DNA of 64,000 nucleotides, taken from the NCBI GenBank assembly GCA_976226885.1, contig OZ320318.1:67766001-67830000 (forward strand), given 5' to 3'. This DNA is from Iphione sp. A-MEVVRFRX5 (lineage: Eukaryota). Made by a program: the position numbers and the translations under genes. Under the pieces are notes generated by a model. It was given only the letters and a program-made list of their open reading frames with translations. It did no database searches and was not told the DNA's origin. Positions 51,662 through 64,000 of the stretch are shown piece by piece; within the stretch, counting starts at the first letter, position 1; the number at the start of each line of letters is the position of its first letter.

Positions 51662-51702
<41 letters not shown>
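51662..51702. repeat. (AG)n microsatellite
   Basis: About 20 perfect units. Confidence 0.95.
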
Positions 51703-51706
<4 letters not shown>

Positions 51707-52630
51707 GAGGGAGAATGAAACAGATGGAGAGACAATAAGGGAGTTGGTGAATGAACTGGACGAGAGAGACAGGGGGACAACTATTTTGGTGAAGCATTAT
51801 TCGATAATATAAATATTTAGTTTGAATAATTATTTGCCTTCTAAATTAGGTGCTAACGCTATGCAGCAATTACTGGTGCTCTGTAACCAAAAACCATGGT
51901 GAACCATTATCTGCTCTTTTTTTAAAGCATTATGGATGTTTTTAATTCGTGGTGTAGCATTTTGGTTATACCCTGACACCCCCTGTAGAGAGGGACTATG
52001 ACCGGAATCTCATGTATATTGTTTTTTCTTCCATATACAGAAGAGCCTGCACGATTTGGCCTACTTTCTGGATGAGAACGAACAGACACAGATGCTTAGT
52101 TTCCATGCGTCTGGATTTTGTATGCAGTCTAGGAAGGTGCAAAACAATCTCGTCCTCTGTACGCGTGTTTGTGTCAGTGTGTGTATTTATGTATCTAATC
52201 TAATGGGAATTCCAACCAATCTACGCAAACTATGAGGTTTTTGTGCAGATTTCAAGGAATTCAAACCAAATTTTTGTAAACAGTAAGGTTCTTCTGCACT
52301 AAACTGGACGAATTCTGACCAAATCTCTGTAAACAGATTTATTTTCAGATCTAAATGTTCCTCATTCTTTCAACACCAATTTCTCTATCCTACTCATCCG
52401 AGTTGGTCCACAGTCCGGAGAAACATTAACATTGCTCAGCTTTTAACTTTCTCGTACACACGTACACAGAGTCTGGGGAAAAACCAGTACACATGGAAAC
52501 TGGGTCTATGAAATTTACAGGAACAAATAACTGAAGACATACTTGATCAGGTGCTGTGGTACGTAAAGAGGTACATAATGTAGCCTTTAATAGTAGTGAC
52601 AAATTGTAAGGAATTGCCAGGTTCACTTAC

Positions 52631-52806
52631 GAGTAGTCCTTGTTGTCTGGGTTTGCCCTCAATCTCTGGTGGCCTACGCCGAGTATGATGCCGCCGAGAA
52701 TGCCCAGAACGAGGCCCATAGAACCACAGCAGATGAACATGGGCCGGGGCCGTTTACCACGCCGAACAACAGGGCCTGAGAAGGCCCCATCCCGGGTCGC
52801 ATACAT
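52631..52806 (-). CDS. First recognisable coding exon of the two-TM protein (MYATRDGAFSGPVVRRGKRPRPMFICCGSMGLVLGILGGIILGVGHQRLRANPDNKDY+S)
   Basis: Basic cytosolic stretch, CC, then a TM helix. Ends TAC TC|GTAAGTG in phase 2, matching the next exon. The true start could be further upstream or at Met23. Confidence 0.8.
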
Positions 52807-53386
52807 CACGGAAAAGAACCCAGGGCGTTTGCGGCAAGCGACAAAAGTTAAGGAGGAAGGGGATACCGGTTGGGAAGGAAGGGGGAGGCAAGGGTCTCAG
52901 TATTTGGACAGAGCATGTGTGGTCGCCAACCACCTGAAGTTTGGTTGAATGTGGCGATATCCGCTTGGCCAGGCCATAGCGCCAGGTGCCTTGATGAGTC
53001 CTTGATACTCGTCAATGTGCACTGGTAGTTAGTTTATCCGTGTGTTTCCTTGTAATGGCGAAGTTTTTACGTGTGCATGTATACAGGATCGTTGTGCTCT
53101 TATGTTATATGTGGCTGGGTGTTAATGTGCTTGAGGTGTCCTAGGGGATAACGTTTACACTTGACCGTCAAAAAGGGGTACACCCTCTTCTATTGTATAC
53201 GCCTAGGTGTAGCTATATAGTGCCGACATTTACTGTACAGTGGTATCCTTTACGTAGTCTATAGAGGCGCTGCCTGCACCTCAAGCCTAAGACGGCGAAT
53301 AGGTCCTGCCGACTACATACTGCTCAGTTTGTACCTCCAAGCATCAAGAGCAGCTCATTTAGGTAGAATGTAAATCACATGGCTGG

Positions 53387-53566
53387 TGACGTCATCAAGG
53401 GGCGGGCTGGCTCATGCATGGCACAGTCATTTTGGCTGCTTGGAGGCGATGGGCGGCCGCGTCCTCACAGGTTGGTACGTCCATGGGGCAGGCTGGCCTG
53501 CATGTTACCACCGTCACCATCAGCATCACCTCCTGAGTTGGGTCCCATGGCGGCTATCATGGCAAC
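53387..53566. promoter_or_regulatory. CRE, GC box and RFX-like motif upstream of the two-TM gene
   Basis: TGACGTCA (53387-53394), GGGGCGGGC (53399-53407) and GCTATCATGGCAAC (53553-53566), 0.6-0.75 kb 5' of the ATG. Confidence 0.4.
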
Positions 53567-55824
53567 ATCGACCACTAAAGCACTTCCCTTGCAACAGGCT
53601 CTGAAGGAGATAAGAAAACAGGATATGGGATTAGGAGCCTTCCTCATTTTGAAAAGGCTTTATTAATTTGTTGAGGAAAAAAGAAGGTTCATTAAGGAGT
53701 AATTTTCCGGCCAATTTGCACTTCAGTCGCCGAGCCAAGTCGACACCGTGTCCAGTTAACTGTAACTGACCCATTGGCAAGAGGCTTCGGTTTCTTCACC
53801 TGTCTTTGACTGCTGGTGCCACTAAACCCTTATATAAGTTCTACTTACAGAAAATAGTCCATTCTTCAGCAAGAATCTTTAGTAAAGAAATGTTTCCGTG
53901 GTGCCAGCAGTGAAAGTTGGACAAGGTCCAAGCCTACTAAGGACAGGGCAGTTGGAGACGATACTTCATTAGTTAAATTCAAATACTTTTTATTTCGATC
54001 AAATCTTTATAACACTTCCTCTCCAACCAGTTTAAAAATGTTTGAATTCCCACTGTCATAGAATATTAGGATTTAAGTGTTAACCCTATTGGGGCTGAGG
54101 AAGTTCTCACGAAATGTACCCAGAGGGAAAGTCCGAATAGAAATATATACTACCGGAAGTTGAAAGGGCTCATAGACAATACTGTTAAAATTCATGTTTA
54201 TTATAAATGAAACTACATGTATATAAAACCCTCTATAACAATGAAGAAAATACAATACAATGTATTAATTTTCAACCTCTTTTTATGCCAAATGAATATT
54301 CAAAGCACCTCCAAAATATATCTGGGGTCCATCAGAGGCGTTTGGCTTTGGAATGCCCAATGGCATCATACGGTCTGGTAGGATTAATCATTGGGGACAG
54401 GTTTCCAGCAAACCGGGGATGTCGCCATCCTGCCAATGGGAACCACTTTTAGAGTGAGTCAAATGATCGTTGTAGACCGTGCATAAAAATCATGGAGTAA
54501 AAAGTAGGTATGGATAAGTCATCTAAAAGCGCAAATAGATTTACACAAATAGAATTGCACATATTGAAATGTGTGCTACAAAAGACTAACATTGTAGGAA
54601 TCATTATTTGTCATTGGGCCTAAAACATCTTTCCGACAACATGCTGAACAAATATAGGGTCGGAAGGTAGGCGTCGTTTTTAACTTTAAATTACACTGAT
54701 ATCGTATGAATGTTAAGGACAAGAGGAAGAAATTGTGTATAATATATATCTCTAGCTGCATTCACTCACAAGATATTGGTAAAACGATTGAAAAAAAAAG
54801 TTCCAGAAGGAGCAAAATCGGGGTAGGCCGGGCCAACCCAAAGACAAATTTTGTCTAAGCTCGTATAACAAAGACATCGTCAAATGTCAAATAAACTAAG
54901 GTGTAATACAACATGGAAGTGCTTTTTCAAGATACACCTTACTTAGCAACATTCAGACGTCCTGACCGCCCTTGTGTGATGTAGTCATGGTCATCTTGGG
55001 CTGGGACAGAATGGGACTCGAATACCTCATTTATATGATCAGGCGACAGTATCTAGTTACGAACGCTCTATGGGGACCTGGTCGTAGCGACAGAGAGGGG
55101 ACATGTTACTCGTGCTCACCCCCGTAACAGATTAGACTGCCTTGCTCTTATCTGCCTTCTCCAGGGTCCTCTACGGGAGCAGGCCCCATTGCCTATCATG
55201 TCCCGAACCTCCGGTACCACGAAAATATGCCCGCACGCATCAACAGAGAGAACAGGTATCCACATACATGTCCAAATAGTCATGTCCATTTACAGTTAAA
55301 CACAACTTTGACCAACTCGTGGCCTCTGGCTATCGGGCTGACTTGGGCCTTCCTTATTTCCCCACTACGTACAGACAGAATGTTGTGGGGATTTCTTGGC
55401 CAAAACAAACCAGGGACTAATCGGTGAAACAGAGCGGGCGTCGGGTTGAGATAAGTTGGTGCGCTTTGGACAGGACACAGTGGTGTGTATTAGCCTCGCC
55501 AGCGCGGGAGTGGAGAGGAACTCTACAGCTATTGACCTGACCATATCTGGTTGGCATGCCTGTTTGCCTCTAGTTGGCTAAAGGTCCATCCCCTCCGGCT
55601 TCCCTGCATTGTCTCCCCGCAGCAAGGCCTGCCATGGCTCATGGGGTTTAAACCAGGTACTCAAACCTCGAAACGCTTTGTTCAGTGCTGACCTTTCCTT
55701 CGACCAATGTGCCCTATAGGGAGTACATTTGTTCCACGTGGCCTGCTGGTAGGCACAGATAAAACTCCTTTACACACAAGAGAGTTCAAGGCGGGGAGAC
55801 AAAGATGAATGTAAAACCACTCAC

Positions 55825-55933
55825 CTTCGTTGACCCACTTGGTAGGGCATTCGCTGTAGCAAGTGCTCTACGTACGGTGATTTCGGGCCAGATTCTGGTT
55901 TGCGTATTACGCATGAGTTCACCAAAGCAATCC
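55825..55933 (-). other. Candidate 109-bp upstream exon (5' UTR or coding)
   Basis: Strong acceptor TTCTTATTCTGTTTAG|G and donor AAG|GTGAGT. Two frames are open, but no family is recognised. Confidence 0.3.
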
Positions 55934-57918
55934 CTAAACAGAATAAGAAGCCTGGCAGCTCCAGCTGGTTATGCAGGTGTCTATATCGAATGACGTTGCT
56001 TGTTGAGAACATATTTTCACCTGCCCATTTTCAGGGAATACCTGCTCCTGATATCTCTTTTTATCCTGCTCCATGTCCGACACGTCGCCATCATGCCCCT
56101 TTATACCCACATATTTGGTGCAAAGCCGCCCAGTCCTTTTGTCGACCACTTCCTCGAGGTCAATCTCCTTCTCGCTAGTTCCTCCATTGCATTTGCCTTT
56201 CTTCAGGCTACCTTTCCTGATTCATTCTAGTCGGACTTGTTTCTCGCTGATTCAGTTTCTCTGGCTCGCGCCTCACTATTCACGAGTGTCTCCTTGCCTA
56301 TTCTGATCGAAACCAACTTTTACCTCCTTCCTTGCTAAATGCTCATCATTTTACGCTTTGCTGTGAAGAGGGTTCCTTTTGAATGCTTATATCTCTGTAC
56401 GGGCTGAAGCTTTTCCCTCTATATTTTGATAATACTAAAAAAATGATACTGTCCTGTCTTCTGGTGCTGCCTTGGATGTGATTTTATCTTAACATTATAA
56501 AATATCTTCATCAGAGTACCATACAATTGGTTACATAATAGATAATCTATTACAAATTATCATAACAATTGTCATGACTGATTTTATTTCTGTTGTTTAT
56601 CATATTATAGTACACTATCACTTCACTATAGTGGTTCAAGACTGGTTGCATGGACAACCAGTTCAGTAGAGTGATTTACTGGTATGCCATATCATAATTA
56701 TGTTAGTTTACTATGCTGAAGATAGGAGTACGGTACCGTTAATGCATGCTGGGATTAATGTACCATTTCTCACAGGTCAACGTATAAGAGGGCACCTGCT
56801 GCTATTGAGTGTAATATTCACCTCCAAATATGTCCATTGCTGCCTTCTACAACCTTCTGTTACAAATACATGTAACCTTGTTATCCTCTAAAGCATATCA
56901 TATTCTCGATGACATTGTCTGTTGTGTCCTTTCCTGCTTGTCCTTTTCCTCTTTGATGCTGGAGTAGTCTTACAGCGTTATTAATAACATGGTTCGCCCA
57001 ACCGTTCTATCTCTTAAGCCTACTGCTTTGGTAATTATATCAATACGTATCTTCCAAGGAGGTATAACTCCTACTAGCCATTTCTATACACACCTACATA
57101 TTTCCGTCGTCTTCCTTACTTCTTTCCCTAGTCTCGTACTGCCCAGTAGGTGGTATCCCCTTCAAGTATCGAGCCTGCTAGTCCAAAATCGACCCCTCCT
57201 GTCCAATGTGACTCTCATTTCCCTGTTATTGGCAACCCATCCCCCACAGCTCCACTGGTCATCCATCTCCACCATAGGACTATTCCCCTCAATGATCTCC
57301 GAATCCCAAGGCTCTCATACAGTAGGCTCTAAATCTCCATCCTACACTCCGTTGTCTCCGTCACTGCATTCCAAGCTTGTTCGGTTTACGGATGGCATAA
57401 ATTCTCCCACTACGCATCCCCATGATCGTACAACGTAGTACGCTTTCAAATATTGGAAGAACCAAGATAAACAGAGAAGATTGATAAAACATTCAGGTTT
57501 CAAACTTATGGGAAACATATAGGGCTTTAGGATAGACAGACTGAATAGAGGAACATACAATTCCTAGCATCGGTTCCGTGTGGCTTCTGATCAATAATGT
57601 AAGATGTGATAGCCATACAACTTATCAATAAAAAGACTACGTTTTCCAACTAAAATTCTACATTTCCCAGTAGTGTTGAATTTCGCAGATACACCTGCTT
57701 ATATATACTTGCTTGCACCTGCGTTCAGCAAAGTAACGTTGAGCAAAACATTAAACACAGTCTCTCTGTACATTTAGCGCTGTTTCTCTTATTTACTTTT
57801 GTATTGGACATTTCCTGAGAACTAACACATCGACAGTCTGTTCCCCTTGAGGCGGCGTTGCATTGCTGGGAGATATTTTTTCCCTATCACAAACACCACT
57901 AAGTATCCACTACCACCA

Positions 57919-57921
<3 letters not shown>

Positions 57922-57969
<48 letters not shown>
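57922..57969. repeat. (TC)n microsatellite
   Basis: About 24 perfect units. Confidence 0.95.
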
Positions 57970-57973
<4 letters not shown>

Positions 57974-60900
57974 TTGATACCTCAAGTTAGCTCCTCTGAA
58001 AATACTACACACTAGACGGGAAGCCATAGGTTCACTCAGAGCACCCTTCTGTGTATGCGTCCTCACATTGTAGGAGACCTTCGGGGGCAATGGAGTAAGT
58101 TAGGTAGTCCTGAGAGGACTGTATATGGGTTAGACGAATACAGAGAACCAACTGCAACAGCCTCCTTTCAGGCCAACCAACCCCGTTGAATTATGTATGA
58201 AGCAAAACAACACCAGGTGTAATGAACAATGATGTATTGAAGATAATCCTCAATGAAAAATCGTACTTTCGAAGTACATGTGCATATACTCCAAATTAGC
58301 ATATGATAACAGGCGGAGACGCCAGGTTGCCGCTAGACATAAACGAATATCATATGATAAGGACATGTGTATATCAATTTAGTAGTCGACCCAGAACCAT
58401 TATCAGATATACATGCATACAGAGTACCCCAAAGCAAAAAAGAGAAAGGCGTGAAGAGATATTAGGACACCTTGTGTTATCACATAGTTCAGACAGTACC
58501 ATCCACTCACCCCCACAGCATGTTGCTATGCCTCCCCTTCCCGAAAAATATGGCTCACATCTGGCGCATTAACTCAACGTAATTCGAAAACTGGAATTCA
58601 TTATGGCAGCGTCCATTCGTTTAAAATAAGCCTGTGCTTGTTTCCATCCGCCTTAGTTGTTTTCCCACATGTATGGCTCATTCCTCTAATATAGCTTTAA
58701 TGGGACTTTTCCTCTTCCCTCACCGTTGATGAGATTTCATAGTCGCTCGATATTCTTCATTGCATCTCTTTTGAACATCCTTCCACCGCTGTATCCGGTT
58801 ACGGTTTTCTTTTCACGCCTCGCTTTTAATAACGTGATTGGCGCAATGATCCCCGAGGTAGATCTTTTTATGGGGTAATTCTCCAGATGATTTTATGCAG
58901 GGGAAACCCTGCAACTTGTTTTCCTTTGTCTCACAGCTTCATGCATTTGTTGATGAAAGCATAAACGCTCCTGCTATGACTCCATTCGACCAGAGCTTTG
59001 TCGGTCCGTCCCGGATAAGGCCCTAGCAAGACAAGAGGCTAGGGGAGGGGATAACCAAACTCCCGAAGGAGTTCTTGATAATTAGAATAAAACATCAGTT
59101 ACACGGATGGCAGAGGTCCATGGAGACTGGGGGAGTTAAAGGCGAATGTTAGGCCCTTGGAGGTGGACAAGTCTGTTAGTCAACGAAGGCGTCTGTGCTA
59201 CAGATCCATCTTCATCTTTCGCAGAGCTCCCGCCCCCGGCATGGTGGCACTCCAATACGCCGCCAGTTGCGGGGTCAATATCACTGAACTCATCTAACAC
59301 TCACACACCTACACACCCACACCCCGAACACCAACACACAGGCAAGTACGCACATGCACGTGAACGCACATCGTTTTCTGGCATTCCGAACTGTCGGCGG
59401 CCGGTGCTGGTGGTGTTGAATGCGATGGGGTTGAGTAGGCAGGACCTGTCCATATAGGTCCCAACTGTTAGGTCAATATCAGCAGATCCAGTCCTGTCTG
59501 CTCTCCTCCACTGCTCGAGGTGCTCCCTCGCCCTCTCATAGGCGTTTATTCGTGCGTTCATAAACTTACAAACACACTCGGAAACAGATGGTTCACAGAC
59601 GGCAGATGCGGCGGTCAGGAATAAAATGAAGCGGTCGTTGAACATGCTGATGGTTTTTGCCATTCGCTAAGTGGTATTGATGCAGGGAGCAGTGTACTTG
59701 GCCGACACCGAGCAAACTTTATCAGGCTGTCCCGGAGTCAGGCTTGAGGCACTTCAGACGGACCATAAAAAACGTTGAGAAAAAAAGGAATTGATGTGAT
59801 TAGAACCGTGAAGTTCTAGGTAATATTGAAGCTCTTGTAGTCTAACAGTAAAGTATGAAATACAAACTATGTGCATGTAAACATGTCCTATTGGACGGAG
59901 TAATTCCCTATGGTTTCTTGATTTTCCAAATGCTTATCTAGCCAAAGGGGATGCGTACCATGAAGTCATTAGAATATTATTGTATATGTAAGGTTAAAGT
60001 CATTTTGAATTGGCGATAAATACAGCTAGGCTTATTGGCCATCCTACGACGGTAGGTGTTTAGTAACAGGAGGTGGTCGGCTTGCAGAGGTAGTCGTTAA
60101 GAGTGTTTCGTTATGTATAGGTGTGATAAGCGCCCCTAGAATATCACCTGACCTAACATTATTGGATCTTAGATAATCCAGGGATATATACCATTAACTT
60201 GTGCTTAGATACTGAGATAATAAGATGTTATATTGATGATCTCCACTGCCAACTAACACTGTTAACTGTTGCCGTCACATTATTTTACCATTTCCCCACT
60301 ATTGGTCAGGGCGCCCACTTACCTATATGAACTAAGCGTGCCTGTAAACGTTTTCACCGATCGCAGTTGCGGGGAAGGCGAGCTGTGAGCCGAGGTCGCC
60401 TGAGGCCCCTGGTGTCTCCATGGGGCACGAGAGGGAGCTAACTGAGGTTGAGTTACGACCTAGCCGCCAGGGAAGCTGCTGGCGGATCCTCCAGCCAACA
60501 TAAACTGGTATGAGATCTCGGTTGGGTAAAGTCTTGAGAGAGATATTGAGTGGGTGCAGGAGTAGGGGTTTGGGAAGATGGGGGGGGGGGGAGGCTAATG
60601 TAAGGAGGCATTCCAGCAGCTGGTTATGTGCGCCCCTGTGATGGGGGATGCGTGGGTGAGGAGATGGAGAGTAGGGTGGCGGATGTTTAGGTGGGCGTGA
60701 AAAGGTTTGTGTACAGACTGCCAGGTGACTGGAGTGGTGGGTTTGCAAATGGCTGCCGAGTTTGTAGGTGTACATGTGTAGGTGGAGTATCTGTTAATAG
60801 GTTGGTATATGGGTAGAAACCTATTAAGGATTTATTTAGATATGTAACACGTTCTGAAATGAAAGAGCTGTTATGACATCATAAAAGAGTACGGTAAATC

Positions 60901-63900
60901 TTAATAATAAAGAACCCCCTTTGGTAACGTATTTTAGATAAAACAATTTACGAGTTGTGAAATGCAGGCGGGGTGATGAATTTCTCTCCACTAGTTACTT
61001 TTCGGCAGAAATATTGAACTATTAACCGAAAGGTTTTAGTTTAATGGTTTACATAGCTTTAAACGACGACCGGTAAAGACTTGGCATACGTTTGATGGCA
61101 TGTACAAGAGATAAAGGTTATGCAGAATGTTGCCGGCTTGCATTCGGACAGTCATGCTTGCCCGCTGCCTGGCTGATTGCTCTCAGTGTTAGCTGACCCT
61201 ATGTTCTAGGAATATACATGTAACACCTGCTCAATGCTCAATGTTGACATCTGTATGGTACCCATTCATGTCGCTCCCGGTTGACCCAGAATAGTGGTAT
61301 ATATATATAGCCTACGTTAGGAAGGAACAGTTCCGTGACGGGTGTTTAGATAAGACCAGCTGGTAAATGATTTATGAAGACCAGGAAACACTACCTTTTT
61401 GTATATATTTGAAAAAGTCGCGATTACATACAGTAGGTTCCTGTCCGGGCTAAGCACTGGACGCATTGTGGTGGGCATCAGCACGGAATATCTGTCAGCC
61501 TCTGTTTTTATTCTAGCAAATGCCACCAAGCTACTCACAAAATACTATTATTCATCCAAGTGATTTCTCCCAACGCCATCACTCTGAATTATGTAAAGAG
61601 ACACAAAGGCAATGCTCGCTCTCTATTTGCGAACAATGCCAGCGCAGTGCGTTAAGACACGATCACGTAACTTACCGTCGGTAGCCTGATTACTTAGCTG
61701 AATATTACCGAAAGTTGTATTGCACTGTTAGATTATTAGCTCTACGCGGAAAAACACTTCGATATATCAACTTATGCTGACCATTGTTCCATTCTGTTTC
61801 TGATTAGATATCAGCACTATATTGCTGGCCTTATATTAATGTGTTATGTGTTCGAAATTCTAATGTACACCTCTATCTCCTTTTGATTAAAAGGATGGAT
61901 AGCTCTTACGTCTTATATTGTGTCTTGAGGAAGATGAAGCTTCGAGTCTGATCCAACCTGGTATTATATAACAGAAGATTCTAATCAGGCACCACTACCT
62001 CTGGTACCACCTTTTCGTATACTACTCACAGTGTAACAAATACCTACTGAGTTCAATAACTTGAAGGAAGAGATGGACATTTTACAGAAGCAAATTTAAA
62101 AGAACGCTCACTGAAAACACATACTAAATGTCAATTTTCTTTCTTTTTTAAACAATTCATTATACTTTCTCGTTTAAAAAATTCAGCGTATAAACAAGTA
62201 TTTCCTCCATGCCCGTGATCTTGAATTAAACTCTGCCTTACAAAATCGAAGCGACCGAAATTTTAGCACTGCCAGCAGGCACACCATTCATTGGTTTTAT
62301 TTACACAGCTAATAACGTGCCGCTTCTGCATATTTTGCCTTTATTTTTTTGTCCAATTAGGACTTCCATTTCAAATGGAGCGAGTTGATGAAACATGAGA
62401 CGTTAATACATTCTGTGGCTCTTCCAGAGCCTTGTGCTCTCCTTGATGTTATATCAGGCGCCGAAACTGGCGTTTTTGAAGTCGACCTTTGACATTTGAG
62501 GCGGGAGCTTTCTCTCGAGGTTTTCCGATTTCTAAGTGATTTCAAACAACGGAGAAACCATAACGGGGAAGGTGGCGGCGAATGGGGAGACGTGTTGCCT
62601 GGTTCTGTATGGGAGATGGCTGTTCGTCTGCTACAAGTACGGATGAAGGTATGGAATGTATTTATGAAATCAAAACATTCTCTTATGATGGGACACTAAG
62701 ATGGGTGCTGAGGGTATGTGTGTGCAGTGGAAAGCCACTATGTTGAAAACTCTTTGTTTGGAAGGAAATAATCACTTCTGGTCCGCCTCCTTTAATGGTC
62801 ATGTTTGAAAAATAAAATGGTCAAAAAGAGTCTTTCAGGAATCGCCGCCATTCTGGTCCCTCCTAGTAACTGATGTGTCCTTCTAATGACAATTGTTCTT
62901 CTATCAGTGAATAGGGGCCTCATTATTTGTCCATATCACCGTCAGTGATATTCTTCCAATAGACTTCCAAGTAGGATTGTCGGCCTAGGTTTAAAAGAAT
63001 AGAAATGTTTAATAAAGTCATAACCTGAATAAGGAATGTATATACCCCTACTTGTTTTCTAGAATCTGCATCATTCTTCTATAAATTATATCAGCAGGGT
63101 TCGAACTGAGAGTTTCTGGACATTGACCATGTGGGTCCACCATTTTGGTACTATCTTAAAACACCTAGAAAAAATGTTTTACGCCTGTGCCAAACCTATC
63201 ATGACAAGGGCTGAAATTTTTACCTATGCTAACCCTGTATTACCCAACAGGCAATGAGTGAGTGTTACGTTCACACCCTGAATAGGCACCTGTACGTAAT
63301 GTGCATCCAATATCTGAATAAAATGAGCGTGATTTTAGCATCAGGTGTAAAGGGAAAGAATTACAGTAGGCAGGTACTAATGGTTTTCTCTGGTCATACA
63401 TTAGAGGTCCTTTCAGAGGGAGGTCATAGGTGACTGTCAACGCACCCTTTTGGTAAAGGAGATGTGTCACGGTGTATACAGACGAACAGGAGAGACACTA
63501 AACAGGAGAAGACCTAAGTCTTTGTATCCATGTCGGTGCGCGAGAAAGAATGGATTGAGAAATCCAGATTCCATGTGTAGTCTAATAAATACATTATATT
63601 CCCCTGCCCAGGGAAATCTATTAACCGCATGGTACCAAGAAGTTCTAACAGTGAGCTAAAGGTCATTTGTTCGAGGTGGGAACGCTAGCAGCATACATGT
63701 AGTTGTATTAATAGAGAACGTTATACTGAAGTAGGCCTGGGTACGAGGAGAGAGAGGATGAACATTGGTGTAGAAAAGCTGCTGAGAGGGATGCACCAGC
63801 TACGATAATCTATTCTCTTAAGATGTTGCGTTTGGCGTAAATGTGATAGACGGACAGGTATGTGGAGATAACAGGGCAGATGTTCAAGCCCTCAATTCAT

Positions 63901-64000
63901 GCCATCGTAGAAAACGGGAGAACGATCCATCAGGAGAAACCATTTTCCCTGCATTCTGGGGTTAATGTGGATCCTAATGCCGTGCTCTGAAGACCTATGC

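Noticed and set aside
60307-60638. hAT-like TIR pair CAGGGCGCCCAC / GTGCGCCCCTG (similarly 63095-63237)
   Set aside because: Short imperfect match with no 8-bp TSD.

Overview
Eukaryotic, AT-rich (roughly 40% GC by eye), intron- and transposon-rich animal genomic DNA with one 153-N assembly gap. The strong excess of TACATGTA, the MITE styles and the AAAATGGC start context suggest an invertebrate deuterostome, most likely amphioxus (Branchiostoma). This is inference, not a database result. Most six-frame ORFs are chance ORFs. Two spliced protein-coding genes are well supported, both on the minus strand. (1) A secreted coiled-coil protein whose first exon (31515-30858) ends in ...PLFPT at a phase-1 CAG|GTAAGT donor, as expected for an angiopoietin-like/fibrinogen-related protein just before its 'DC'. 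I found no downstream exons in the remaining 30.8 kb. (2) A small two-transmembrane protein rebuilt from phase-compatible exons at 52806-52631, 51384-51288 and 49647-49593, with competing donors that would give different C-termini. A third candidate first exon with a housekeeping-type promoter lies at about 10020-9178. The rest is a mosaic of PIF/Harbinger-type MITEs (TAA duplications), a pogo-type MITE, decayed Tigger, LINE and Myb-like coding fossils, microsatellites and motif clusters, including three co-oriented CTCF-like sites. No rRNA, tRNA or CRISPR features are supported.
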